A stretch of 64,000 bases of DNA from an uncultured Dictyoglomota bacterium (GTDB lineage: Bacteria > Dictyoglomota > Dictyoglomia > Dictyoglomales > Dictyoglomaceae): NCBI GenBank assembly GCA_964654465.1, contig CAZZIO010000040.1, positions 160,001 through 224,000 on the forward strand, in the 5' to 3' direction. Shown one piece after another: positions 1-11,807 of the stretch. Under the pieces are notes generated by a model. That model did not search any database. It saw only the letters and a program-made list of their open reading frames with translations, and was not told the origin of the DNA. Position 1 is the first letter of the stretch; the number at the start of each line of letters is the position of its first letter. The position numbers and the translations under genes were made by a program.

Positions 1-2
1 AC

Positions 3-695
3 TCTAAGAAGATTAGGAAACTGAAAATCCTTTTTTCCGCATCCGTATCCTATTTTCTCAATTTTCATCTCAGGCATATTATCAAAAGATTTTGCAACAG
101 TAGTTATAATAGCAGCTCCTGTTGGTGTCACTAATTCCCCTTCTCTCCCATCAGTATAAACAGGAACACCTTTAAGGATCTCCAAGGTTGCAGGGGCTGG
201 AACAGGAATTTTTCCATGCTCTGTATCAACAAAACCTCCGCCTAAGGGAAGAGAAGAAGAATAAATTTCATCCACATTTAAAATTTCTATAGCAATCAAA
301 GATCCTAAAACATCTATAATAGTATCTAAAGCTCCCACTTCATGAAAATGTACTTCTTCTATGGATTTATTATGAATTTTTGATTCTGCCTCAGCAATTT
401 TATAGAAAATTTTTTTAGCTTTCTCTTTGATATCCGAGGATAGACTACTTTTTTTCACAATATCAATTAAATCCCGAAGATGTCTATGGGTTTTAGTATC
501 TTTTATCCTTATGTTTACATCTGTACCATAAAGTGCTCCTTTTTTCTTCTTTGTTACTTCAATTTCATAATCTTCAATAGGAATCTTTTTAAGCTCACTT
601 TTCCATAATTCTTCATCTAATCCCAAATCCAAAAGGGCTCCTAAAATCATATCTCCACTTATTCCTGAAAAACAATCAAAATATAATATCTTCAT
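3..695 (-). CDS. larC: Nickel-pincer cofactor biosynthesis protein LarC (5' part; runs off window start)
   Basis: Not in ORF track. Manual translation from ATG at 695: [25 protein letters not shown]...[14 protein letters not shown]...[15 protein letters not shown]...[10 protein letters not shown], all LarC motifs; ATGA overlap with larB stop. Confidence 0.93.
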   Translation of the reverse strand, partial: MKILYFDCFSGISGDMILGALLDLGLDEELWKSELKKIPIEDYEIEVTKKKKGALYGTDVNIRIKDTKTHRHLRDLIDIVKKSSLSSDIKEKAKKIFYKIAEAESKIHNKSIEEVHFHEVGALDTIIDVLGSLIAIEILNVDEIYSSSLPLGGGFVDTEHGKIPVPAPATLEILKGVPVYTDGREGELVTPTGAAIITTVAKSFDNMPEMKIEKIGYGCGKKDFQFPNLLR

Positions 696-1447
696 TTTTT
701 CTCCTCCACCATCAAATTTATCATATTTGCTAAATATCCTGCACCAAATCCGTTATCAATATTAACCACCGCTATCCCAGGAACACAACTATTTAACATA
801 GTAAGCAAAGCTGAAAGGCCATTAAAATTAGCGCCATATCCTACACTGGTAGGTACAGCTATTATAGGTCTTGCTACTAATCCTCCTACCACAGAAGGGA
901 GTGCTCCTTCCATTCCTGCCACTACAACAATAACATTTGCTTTATGAAATTCAGCTAGTCTATCAAATAATCTATGAATTCCAGCTACCCCTACATCATA
1001 AATTCTCTCAACATTACTTCCCATTATCTCACATGTTACTGCTGCTTCCTCAGCCACAGGAAGATCAGCAGTTCCTGCACAAGAAACAATAACTTTGCCT
1101 TTCCTCTCTATTTCTTCCCTCAATACTGCAACAATCCTTGCTTTTTCAAAATAAATAGCATCTTCAATCTTGCTCTTTACCTTATCAAAAATCTCTTTAC
1201 TTGCCCTTGTAGCGATAACCCTATTATTCACTTTTACTAATCTTTCCATTATTTCCATGACTTGCTCAGGAGTCTTTCTTTCTGCGAATACAACTTCAGG
1301 AAATCCTCTAATAAGAGCTCTTAAGTGATCGATTTTAGCAAACTGTACATCTTCGTAAGGTAGAATTTTTAATCTATCCATAGCATCCTCAACAGATAAT
1401 TCTCCTCTCTTTACCTTGTCTAATATTTCTCTAACTTTCTCTTTCAT
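692..1447 (-). CDS. larB: Nickel-pincer cofactor biosynthesis protein LarB (PurE-like)
   Basis: [66 protein letters not shown] motifs; upstream of larC. Confidence 0.93.
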   Translation of the reverse strand: MKEKVREILDKVKRGELSVEDAMDRLKILPYEDVQFAKIDHLRALIRGFPEVVFAERKTPEQVMEIMERLVKVNNRVIATRASKEIFDKVKSKIEDAIYFEKARIVAVLREEIERKGKVIVSCAGTADLPVAEEAAVTCEIMGSNVERIYDVGVAGIHRLFDRLAEFHKANVIVVVAGMEGALPSVVGGLVARPIIAVPTSVGYGANFNGLSALLTMLNSCVPGIAVVNIDNGFGAGYLANMINLMVEEKK

Positions 1448-1561
1448 TCTCTGTCTCCTTAGATAAGAATTTTTAAGTAATATTTATACATTAATTTCTT
1501 CTTTTTTAAAAGGGTTTAGTGATAAAATAATAATTAATAAAAAAAGATGGGGGTGTTGAGT

Positions 1562-1693
1562 ATGGCAGAGGATCGTAAATGCAAAAATTGTAAATTCTAT
1601 CAACCCAATCCTAATGATCCATCTCGTGGCACTTGCTTTGGTATACCTGTAAAAGCTGAAAACTGCTGTCCTCAATTTATAGCTAAGTCTTAA
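1562..1693 (+). CDS. 43-aa Cys-rich microprotein, putative HiPIP-like Fe-S protein
   Basis: Below ORF-track cutoff. MAEDRKCKNCKFYQPNPNDPSRGTCFGIPVKAENCCPQFIAKS*; SD-like GGGGGTG just upstream; TAAAAT -10-like element near 1523. Confidence 0.75.
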   Translation: MAEDRKCKNCKFYQPNPNDPSRGTCFGIPVKAENCCPQFIAKS

Positions 1694-3752
1694 ATTCCAC
1701 TCTTTCTAAATATAATTCTGAATTCCTTATCAGATGTTTAATAAACTCTGGGGAAATTAGATACAAGATAATTGAATAAGGTCTATAGTTAAGGTAATGT
1801 AATGATTTTTTAAAAATTAGGAGGCTCCTTATAAGAACACCAAAAAGAAATAGGATTTTATACTCAATAAAATCCCTTAACTCAAAAAGCTCACGAGGAG
1901 CCTCCAACTTCTTTTCTTTTATTCTTTTAATAACTTCTTTTCGTTCATTTGAAAGATTGTAGAGCATCAATAAGAAACTTTCAGGAAATGTGAAATTTTT
2001 AAATATTCCATCATATCCTTTGGACTCTAACTTTTTAACTAATTTAATACTTCTTCCTAAATCAACCGAATACCCCTTCTCATATAATATAAAACTGGCA
2101 AGATGAAAATACTCTCCTAATTCTAAACCTTTTATAATCTCCAAAAATTTTGAAACTTGTTCAACCTTATTTCTCCAAATCTTAGAAAATTCTTTAGAAT
2201 TAATAACTTTCTTGCCTAAATATATCTCTATAAATTTAGGAACTTGTATATCTAAATCCATTTTATCTAAATTATCTAAAAGATTAAGCCTTACCCTAAT
2301 AAGATGACTATCAGGAATACTTTTTAGATAAGAATTCAATTCTCCTAAAAAATAATCTACCATTGGAGCATATTTTGATCCCTCCTCAGGAACCGCTAAC
2401 ACTCTGGGATGCTTTCTCATTTCTGCCATAAATGGACCTGCCTTACCAATAAGAGCAAATCCATAAGGAAACTTACCAGAATCATATAAAGTTTTGAGAA
2501 AAGTTTCTGCACTATCAAGATTTTCCTTAGACACCAGAACAAAAGATTTACAATGAGGAGAAGATAATCTAATATAAGGCTTGTCTTGATTAATTATTTC
2601 TAAATTACATCTTATTAATACCTTCCTATTACCCTGGAAATTAAAGATCTCTAAAAAATATGGCAGTTGTAAAGTATTTTCTCTCATTACTACTCTTTTC
2701 AGAGGTAACCTTGCCTTATTTAGAGCTGAATTGTAGGCGTTAGAAAATATAATAGGATATTTCAATAATAAATCAAAGAAATAATAGAAGCTTTTATTTT
2801 TTAAATCTTCATACGATGCAATTTTAAGTATATCTGATGTTCTCTGAAAATTAAAATTATAATCTTCTGATATATCCTTAATTATCTTTTCTGCAAGCCT
2901 TATTTGAAAATCAGCTATTGATACGTTTTGCTCCTCTAAGATCTCCTTGGCCCAGTTATATATTTTTCTTGCTCTCTTTAAAATTCCTTTCCTTTCTTCC
3001 CTATTTTTTACTTGTTTTAAAGTTCCTCTTAATCCTAAGATAAAAAGAGTTTTCAAATATCTTAATAGCTCATCATCAAAATATATACTTGAAAGACTTA
3101 TTTCTTCAGGATAACGAGGTACAATTCCATACCATCCTATGGATTTTGAAAACAAATAATATATTTCTGCCTTAGGATTCCTTTGGAAATATGAAGTTAA
3201 TGTCTCTTTATTTGCCATTATTCCAGATCCTGTAAAAACAGAATAATTTTCATAGTCTAAAGAAAAACCAAAGTCAGCCAAGCTTTTTGAAAAATTGTCA
3301 TCTCGCTTTATTATATCCCTAAATTTCCCCCAATCCTTTGCCAACCACAATAGTTTGAAATTTAAATCATTATATTCAGAAGGCTCAATTGGAACCCCAT
3401 ACAAAAGGCCATAAGATATATCTTGATTTATATATACCGCTCCCGTCAATTTTCCTGCATAATCCTCAGTAAGAGTATATCTTCCTGGATCTTTATAAAA
3501 AGGAATCAGTCTATAATCCCCTGTACCAAGTTTCTCATCATGTATAAAAGGAACAAAAGGTAAATTCTCTTTTAAATTATTATAAATTACTAAATCAGTA
3601 ATAAGAGCATCCCATAATAAATTTTGATCACCCTTATAAACCCACTTTATTCCTAAATCAATAAGCTTTTTAGATAAATCTGATGTACAGTTAATCCTAA
3701 GAATATAGAAATTTTCATCTTCTCTTATTATTTCTCTACAAACCACTCCCAT
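1683..3752 (-). CDS. 689-aa hypothetical protein, possible remote BshC-like/HUP-fold ligase
   Basis: Long ORF with host-like composition, 9 nt downstream of gyrB; weak motif resemblance to BshC-like proteins (see findings). Confidence refers to the CDS. Confidence 0.8.
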   Translation of the reverse strand: MGVVCREIIREDENFYILRINCTSDLSKKLIDLGIKWVYKGDQNLLWDALITDLVIYNNLKENLPFVPFIHDEKLGTGDYRLIPFYKDPGRYTLTEDYAGKLTGAVYINQDISYGLLYGVPIEPSEYNDLNFKLLWLAKDWGKFRDIIKRDDNFSKSLADFGFSLDYENYSVFTGSGIMANKETLTSYFQRNPKAEIYYLFSKSIGWYGIVPRYPEEISLSSIYFDDELLRYLKTLFILGLRGTLKQVKNREERKGILKRARKIYNWAKEILEEQNVSIADFQIRLAEKIIKDISEDYNFNFQRTSDILKIASYEDLKNKSFYYFFDLLLKYPIIFSNAYNSALNKARLPLKRVVMRENTLQLPYFLEIFNFQGNRKVLIRCNLEIINQDKPYIRLSSPHCKSFVLVSKENLDSAETFLKTLYDSGKFPYGFALIGKAGPFMAEMRKHPRVLAVPEEGSKYAPMVDYFLGELNSYLKSIPDSHLIRVRLNLLDNLDKMDLDIQVPKFIEIYLGKKVINSKEFSKIWRNKVEQVSKFLEIIKGLELGEYFHLASFILYEKGYSVDLGRSIKLVKKLESKGYDGIFKNFTFPESFLLMLYNLSNERKEVIKRIKEKKLEAPRELFELRDFIEYKILFLFGVLIRSLLIFKKSLHYLNYRPYSIILYLISPEFIKHLIRNSELYLERVEFKT

Positions 3753-3761
3753 CTTAAATCC

Positions 3762-6121
<2,360 letters not shown>

Positions 6122-6129
<8 letters not shown>

Positions 6130-7204
6130 TATAGAATACTTCTCCGTTTTTCACTAAAAAATGTGGATAATCCTTTAAAAAATCTATTCTCATTGGCAAA
6201 CTCATAAAAATCTGAAACATACTTATACCGTTCCAAACAAGTTTCTGTTTTTCTTCATCTAAATCTCCAAAAAGATCATCTATAATAAGAATTGGCTTTT
6301 CTCTTCTGAATTCGGAAAGAAGTTTTATAGTAGCTAATTTAAAGATTATAAAGGCAAGTTTTCTTTCACCAGCAGATGCATATTTTCTCATATCATATCT
6401 AAGAGAATCTTTCTTTATGTAAAATCTAAGATCATCTCTGTGAGGTCCCACCAATGTGTAACCTTTTTTATTCTCATCCTCAAATGATTCCTTTAGCTTT
6501 AGTTCAAAATTTTCCATTAAACTTTCTTCATTCATATTTTCTAAATTAACAATTGAGTAGTATTCTATTTCCAAAAAGTCTCTTCCCAAAAAATCAAGAG
6601 AAATATTATGAATAAGTTGTCTTAATTTATTAATTATCTTCAATCTTTCTACCAGTATATAAGTTCCACTTTTTACTAAGGAACCGTTCCATATCTCTAC
6701 ATTACCACCACTTTTTAACGTAAGATTTCTCTGATATAAAACCTTATAATACTCAGAAAGTGATTTATGATATTTGTAAGAAAGAGTCGAAATAAATCTA
6801 TCCAAAATATATCTTCTTTCAGATGGGCCTTCTTTGAAACCTTCAATCTCTTCTTGTGAAAAAACAACCGCAGGAAATAGAAATATCATATCTTTTTGCT
6901 TCTTTAATAATTTTTGGTTTATCTTAATTTTTTTATCTGCCTTAGATAAGGCTGTTTCTAAAATCAATTTTTGATTTTGCCATAATACATTACCCTTTAT
7001 ATAAAAGCTTTCCTCATTCCAATTTATTAATTCCTTTTCATATGGTGTTCTAAAGGATTTTCCTGTAAAAAGAAAATAAATACTCTCCAGGAGATTAGTC
7101 TTTCCCTGAGCATTCTCCCCATAAAATATGTTTTTATCGAAAAATCTTAATTGTACATTTTTAAGATTTCTAAAGTTTACTACCCTCAAATCCTCTAAAA
7201 ACAC
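6122..7204 (-). CDS. recF: DNA replication/repair protein RecF
   Basis: NFRN, GENAQGKTNLLE Walker A, GPSERR, GPHRDDL, IIDD Walker B; synteny. Confidence 0.92.
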
Positions 7205-7419
7205 TAATCATCCCCTATTAATAAATATTTTTCTCCCCCTACTTCTACTACGTCCCCTTTCTTAAGTTTTCTTCCTCTATGAAGTTCTATCTCACCATTT
7301 ACCTTTACTACACCAGAAAGGATTAGATTTTTAGCCTGTCCACCTGTATCCACAATCTTAGCCCACTTCAAAAATTGACCTAAGGTGATAGTATCTGTGT
7401 AAATTTTTATCTCTTTCAT
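7204..7419 (-). CDS. yaaA: S4-domain RNA-binding protein YaaA
   Basis: ITLGQFLK...TGGQAK...VKVNGE.E..RGRKL; between dnaN and recF. Confidence 0.9.
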   Translation of the reverse strand: MKEIKIYTDTITLGQFLKWAKIVDTGGQAKNLILSGVVKVNGEIELHRGRKLKKGDVVEVGGEKYLLIGDD

Positions 7420-8522
7420 AATCTTACTGGCATTAATATATACATATAATTTTCATCTTCTGGAGAAGTTATCAATGCTGGTCCTAAATCAGTTGTAAAT
7501 TTCATTATTATCTCATCCACACTCATATTATCTAAGGGATCCATCAAATATTCCACATTAAAACCAATCTCCAAACTTCCATTTATATCAATCTCTGCAG
7601 GAAGTACTTCTTTAGCAAACCCTCTTTCAGAAGGTAAAGTAGATACAACTACCTCATTGGAATTAATAGTAATTTTCACAGTATTTGTCTGATCAATTTC
7701 AGCAAAAACTTCCATTCTTTCTAAAAGATCAAGAAAATCTTTTCTATTTGCCTTAAAGGATGCTGTAAAATCAGTGGGAATTATTTTATCATAAGCAGGA
7801 AATTGTCCTTGTAGCAGTCTGGAAATAAAATATATCTCCCCACAATTAAAAACCACTTGACTATCAAGGCTTGCCATGTTTACCCTATCATCCTTAGCCT
7901 TTGTTAGAATCTTATGCCATTCTTTTAAACTTTTAGCTGGAATTATGGTAGGTGGAAAATCATTATCTACGTATAATGTTTTTAATGCTAATCTATGCCC
8001 ATCTACTGCTACCACATTAAGTTTTCCATCTTTCCCCTCAAAAAGAACACCTGTAAGAACCTGTTTAATCTCATCTTCAGCTGCAGCAAAAATAGTTTCT
8101 TTAATAGCTCTTCCAAGCTCTATTCTATCTAAGGATATGTTATATTTATCTCCTATATCGCCTATTTCTACTTTTGGAAATTCTTCAGTACTTTCACCCT
8201 GTATCTCTATATCTGAATAACCCGCATGAATTATTGCTCTATTTCTCTCATTTACATGAATTTCTAAGGTAACATCGGGAAGTTTTCCCACAACTTCAAT
8301 AAAAATACTAGCTGGAAGACATACTTCTCCGGGCTCCTCAACTATTACAGGCATACTTAGAGCAAGACCTATCTCAAGATTATTTCCTTGAAGATATAAA
8401 GTATCATTTTCAGCCTTCATATAAACATAAGTTAATATAGGGACAGTAGTTTTTGTGGCTACAGCACTTTTAACAAACAGTAAAGATTGATATAAATCTT
8501 CTCTTTGAGTTATAAATTTCAT
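7416..8522 (-). CDS. dnaN: DNA polymerase III beta sliding clamp
   Basis: Start moved to ATG 8522 (MKFITQRE) behind AAGGAGG; VAVDGHRLA, SRLLQGQFP.Y, IGFNVEYL.D, C-terminal YILMPVRL. Confidence 0.95.
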   Translation of the reverse strand: MKFITQREDLYQSLLFVKSAVATKTTVPILTYVYMKAENDTLYLQGNNLEIGLALSMPVIVEEPGEVCLPASIFIEVVGKLPDVTLEIHVNERNRAIIHAGYSDIEIQGESTEEFPKVEIGDIGDKYNISLDRIELGRAIKETIFAAAEDEIKQVLTGVLFEGKDGKLNVVAVDGHRLALKTLYVDNDFPPTIIPAKSLKEWHKILTKAKDDRVNMASLDSQVVFNCGEIYFISRLLQGQFPAYDKIIPTDFTASFKANRKDFLDLLERMEVFAEIDQTNTVKITINSNEVVVSTLPSERGFAKEVLPAEIDINGSLEIGFNVEYLMDPLDNMSVDEIIMKFTTDLGPALITSPEDENYMYILMPVRL

Positions 8523-8598
8523 CCTTCCTTCCTCCTTTTCATGAATTATTCTATATAAAACAATTATACCTTGAGGCCTAAAAAATAAAAAGTTACAT

Positions 8599-8627
8599 TT
8601 GACAAAATTATAATTCCGACTTAAAAT
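8599..8627 (+). promoter_or_regulatory. Sigma70/A promoter for rrf2-sufC-sufB
   Basis: TTGACA (8599-8604), 17-nt spacer, TAAAAT (8622-8627). Confidence 0.8.
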
Positions 8628-8669
8628 GTATATGTTGAGTGAATCACTAAACATTTATGGAGAGGAGAA

Positions 8670-9107
8670 ATGATGTTTAAAGTATCAGCAAAAATTGAAT
8701 ATGGGTTAAGAGCTATGATTCTTCTTGGCCTAAATTACAATATTGGAAGACTTTCTTTATCTGAGATAGCAAATAGCGAAAAAATTTCCAAAGAATTTTT
8801 AGCCCAGTTGATGTTAGATTTAAGAAAAGCAAATTTAGTAGAAAGTTACAAAGGTATAACAGGAGGATATTCGTTAACAAGACATCCCAGAGAAATAACA
8901 TTAAAAGAAATATTAGAAGCTTTAGTAGGACCAATTCAAATTATAGAGTGTATACATGAAAACAACTTATGTGATAAACAAAATCTTTGTGTGACAAAAA
9001 ATATTTGGGAATTCATAGAGATTAAAATTTTAGATTTATTCAACAATATTACCTTACAAGATTTAATTACAGGAAATATAAGAAAGGAGGCAAATATTTC
9101 ATTATGA
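8670..9107 (+). CDS. Rrf2-family (IscR-like) regulator
   Basis: YGLRAM, LV.S.KG..GGY.L, ITL.EI.EA; three Cys in CIHENNLCDKQNLC. Confidence 0.9.
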   Translation: MMFKVSAKIEYGLRAMILLGLNYNIGRLSLSEIANSEKISKEFLAQLMLDLRKANLVESYKGITGGYSLTRHPREITLKEILEALVGPIQIIECIHENNLCDKQNLCVTKNIWEFIEIKILDLFNNITLQDLITGNIRKEANISL

Positions 9108-9841
9108 CAGAAATGTTAAGAGTGGAGAATTTAAGGGTAGAAATCAAAGAGGAAACAATTCTAGAGAGATTAAATTTTTCCTTAGAGGAAGGTGTACATG
9201 TTCTCTTAGGACCTAATGGTACTGGTAAATCAACCCTTCTCGGTGCCATTATGGGCCTTCATAAGTATAAGTTATCAGGAAAGATTTACTTTTATGGTGA
9301 AGATATTACTGATTTAACTCCCGATCAAAGATTTAATAAAGGAATTTTTCTTGCATATCAACTTCCACCCGCTGTAAGAGGAGTAAGATTAAAGGATATA
9401 TTAAAGAAAATCTTAGATATAGATCCCAAAAAAGACTTACCAGTTGAGATTTATAACTATCTAAAATCTTTAGATTTAGATGAGAGTTTCTTGGAAAGAG
9501 AAATCAATTATGGCTTCTCAGGAGGAGAAAGGAAAAAAAGTGAAATACTTCAACTACTTCTGGCAAAACCAAAACTAGCCTTATTAGATGAGCCTGATTC
9601 TGGAGTAGATATAGATTCCTTAAAGCTTATTGGTGAAGCTCTAAGAAAAATAGCTAAAGAAAGTAATTTACTGATAGTAACCCATAATCTAAAGATCTTA
9701 GATTATGTAGTGCCTGATTCTGTAATTGTCTTATTAGATGGTAAATTTGTGTATAAAGATGGTTTAGAAATAATCCATCAAATTGAAGAAAGAGGATATG
9801 ATTATGTAAGGAGGTTGGTCTATGCTCAAAACTTATCTTAA
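9104..9841 (+). CDS. sufC: Fe-S assembly ATPase SufC (SmsC-like)
   Basis: GPNGTGKSTL, GIFLAYQLPP, FSGGERKKSEILQ, LDEPDSGVDID. Confidence 0.9.
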   Translation: MTEMLRVENLRVEIKEETILERLNFSLEEGVHVLLGPNGTGKSTLLGAIMGLHKYKLSGKIYFYGEDITDLTPDQRFNKGIFLAYQLPPAVRGVRLKDILKKILDIDPKKDLPVEIYNYLKSLDLDESFLEREINYGFSGGERKKSEILQLLLAKPKLALLDEPDSGVDIDSLKLIGEALRKIAKESNLLIVTHNLKILDYVVPDSVIVLLDGKFVYKDGLEIIHQIEERGYDYVRRLVYAQNLS

Positions 9842-11057
9842 AGAAATTAGAGAAAAAGCTTTTAAAGCTAAAGATAAGCCTGCTATTTTAGGACCAGATA
9901 TAGATTTAGAACCCTATATGAGAACAATAGAAGAAACTCCAATAGGTGATCTGGAAAAACTACCGGATGAAATAAAAGAGAACATCTTATATTCTGGCAT
10001 AACCCCCTCAGAAAATGATAGAGCGGGTACCTACTTTCAAATTAACCATAGTGTGGTTTATGAGAAATTACAAGAAATATATAAAGGAAAACTTGAAATA
10101 ATGTCTATCCAAGAAGCTCTTGAGAAATATGATTGGTTGGAAAATTATTATAGTAGATTAATTCCGCCAGACACAGATAAGTACACTGCTTGGGCAGAAA
10201 TAAAACCTACAGGAGGCTACTTTATCAGAGTATTTAAAGGTCAAAAAGTAGAACATCCTGTTCAATCCTGTCTATATATAAAGGAAGGGAATATAAGTCA
10301 AAATGTCCATAATATAATTATTGTAGAAGAAGGTGCAGAAATATTTGTAACTACAGGTTGTCTTACACATCTTAAGGATCAACCAGGAATCCATATAGGT
10401 ATCTCAGAATTTTATGTAAAAAAAGGTGGAAAACTTTACTTTACAATGATACATAACTGGTCAGAAGAATTTCATGTAAGACCAAGAACTGCTGTATTAG
10501 TTGAAGAGGGAGGTGTCTTTATAAATAATTACGTAACCTTAAAACCTGTTAAATCAATCCAAAGCTACCCAACTGTATATGTGAGAAAAGGAGCTATTGC
10601 TCGTCTCTATAGTATCATCTATGGGAGAAAAGATTCCTACATAGATCTCGGAGGAAGATTGGTTTTTGAAGAGGAAGATGCCAAGGGAGAAATTGTCTCA
10701 AGAATCATAGCAAATGACTCATCCAAGATATATAGTAGAAGTGAAATTATTGGCAAGGCAAAAGGGACAAAAGGATTCTTAGATTGTAGAGGAATACTAC
10801 TTAGTAAGTCCTCTCAAATAGTAGCTGTGCCTATCTTAGACGCTCAACATCCAGAAAGTGAATTGTCTCATGAAGCAGCCATAGGTCCAATTAATGAAGA
10901 AGAAATAGAATACCTTACAACAAGAGGTTTTGATAAAGATGAGGCCATGTCAACTATAACAAGAGGATTTTTAAGTTTAGAAATACCAGGGCTTCCAAAG
11001 GTAGCCAAAGAACAAATTAATTATGCTGTAGCCCAATTAGAAAAAGCTGGGTTATAA
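9822..11057 (+). CDS. sufB: SufB/SufD-family scaffold (SmsB-like)
   Basis: QNVHNIIIVEEGA, TGC, HIGISEFY, MIHNW, DCRG, ELSHEAAIG, RGF; single SufB/D gene. Confidence 0.88.
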   Translation: MLKTYLKEIREKAFKAKDKPAILGPDIDLEPYMRTIEETPIGDLEKLPDEIKENILYSGITPSENDRAGTYFQINHSVVYEKLQEIYKGKLEIMSIQEALEKYDWLENYYSRLIPPDTDKYTAWAEIKPTGGYFIRVFKGQKVEHPVQSCLYIKEGNISQNVHNIIIVEEGAEIFVTTGCLTHLKDQPGIHIGISEFYVKKGGKLYFTMIHNWSEEFHVRPRTAVLVEEGGVFINNYVTLKPVKSIQSYPTVYVRKGAIARLYSIIYGRKDSYIDLGGRLVFEEEDAKGEIVSRIIANDSSKIYSRSEIIGKAKGTKGFLDCRGILLSKSSQIVAVPILDAQHPESELSHEAAIGPINEEEIEYLTTRGFDKDEAMSTITRGFLSLEIPGLPKVAKEQINYAVAQLEKAGL

Positions 11058-11066
11058 TATGTTTAA

Positions 11067-11789
11067 ATGGAAGAAAGTTTTAAAGAAATCCTTAGAGAAA
11101 AGGTAAAGAATATAGGTATTGAGCTTTCTCCCTCTCAAGAGGAGAATTTTTTTCTGTACTATAAAGTGTTAAAGGATTGGAATAGAAAGATAAACTTAAC
11201 TTCTCTTGAGGGGGAGGAAGAGATTATCTTAAAACATTTTGTAGATTCCCTTACATGTATTATACCAATAAAAGATGAAAAAATAGAAAGGATTATTGAT
11301 ATAGGAACTGGGGCAGGATTTCCCGGCATTCCAATCAAAATTATTATCCCTACCCTTTATATCACCCTTCTCGAATCCCAAAAAAAGAAAGTTTCTTTTT
11401 TGGAAGAACTTATTAAGATATTAAATCTTGATAAAGTTGAAATTATATGGGACCGAGCAGAAAAATTAGGAAAGAATCCTCAATACAGAGAAACTTATGA
11501 TTTGGCATTAGCAAGAGGAGTAGCAAAACCCAATATTGTTTTGGAATATGCTTTACCTTTTGTAAAAATCTCTGGATTATTTCTCGGTCAAGCCACCGAA
11601 AAAAATATAAATGAATGGTATATGGCTAAGAATGTAATATCAATCCTTGGTGGAAACCTGGAAAAGGAAATCTCAATTTCTATAGATTCCACCATTTCTC
11701 GAAAGCTATTAATTATTAGAAAAATCTCTCCAACTCCTGATAAATTTCCACGAAGGCCTGGAATCCCTGAAAAAAAACCACTAATTTAG
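11067..11789 (+). CDS. rsmG: 16S rRNA m7G527 methyltransferase
   Basis: WN.KINLT, KHFVDSL, DIGTGAGFPGIP, TP.KFPRRPG.P.KKPL. Confidence 0.93.
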   Translation: MEESFKEILREKVKNIGIELSPSQEENFFLYYKVLKDWNRKINLTSLEGEEEIILKHFVDSLTCIIPIKDEKIERIIDIGTGAGFPGIPIKIIIPTLYITLLESQKKKVSFLEELIKILNLDKVEIIWDRAEKLGKNPQYRETYDLALARGVAKPNIVLEYALPFVKISGLFLGQATEKNINEWYMAKNVISILGGNLEKEISISIDSTISRKLLIIRKISPTPDKFPRRPGIPEKKPLI

Positions 11790-11807
11790 AAAATGGGAGG
11801 AACAAAA

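Noticed and set aside
1484-1675. 63-aa minus-strand ORF in the track
   Set aside because: No SD or recognisable motif; it is the antisense shadow of the better-supported Cys microprotein at 1562..1693
6162-6170. Perfect DnaA box (TGTGGATAA) in recF, plus another at 45918-45926, suggesting oriC
   Set aside because: Isolated boxes inside coding sequence; no cluster or unwinding element, and none upstream of dnaN
8523-8654. N-terminal extension of DnaN in the ORF track; similar extensions on lon, feoA, feoC, the ABC ATPase and the giant SBP
   Set aside because: Artefacts of longest-ORF calling; downstream starts have SDs and match family N-termini
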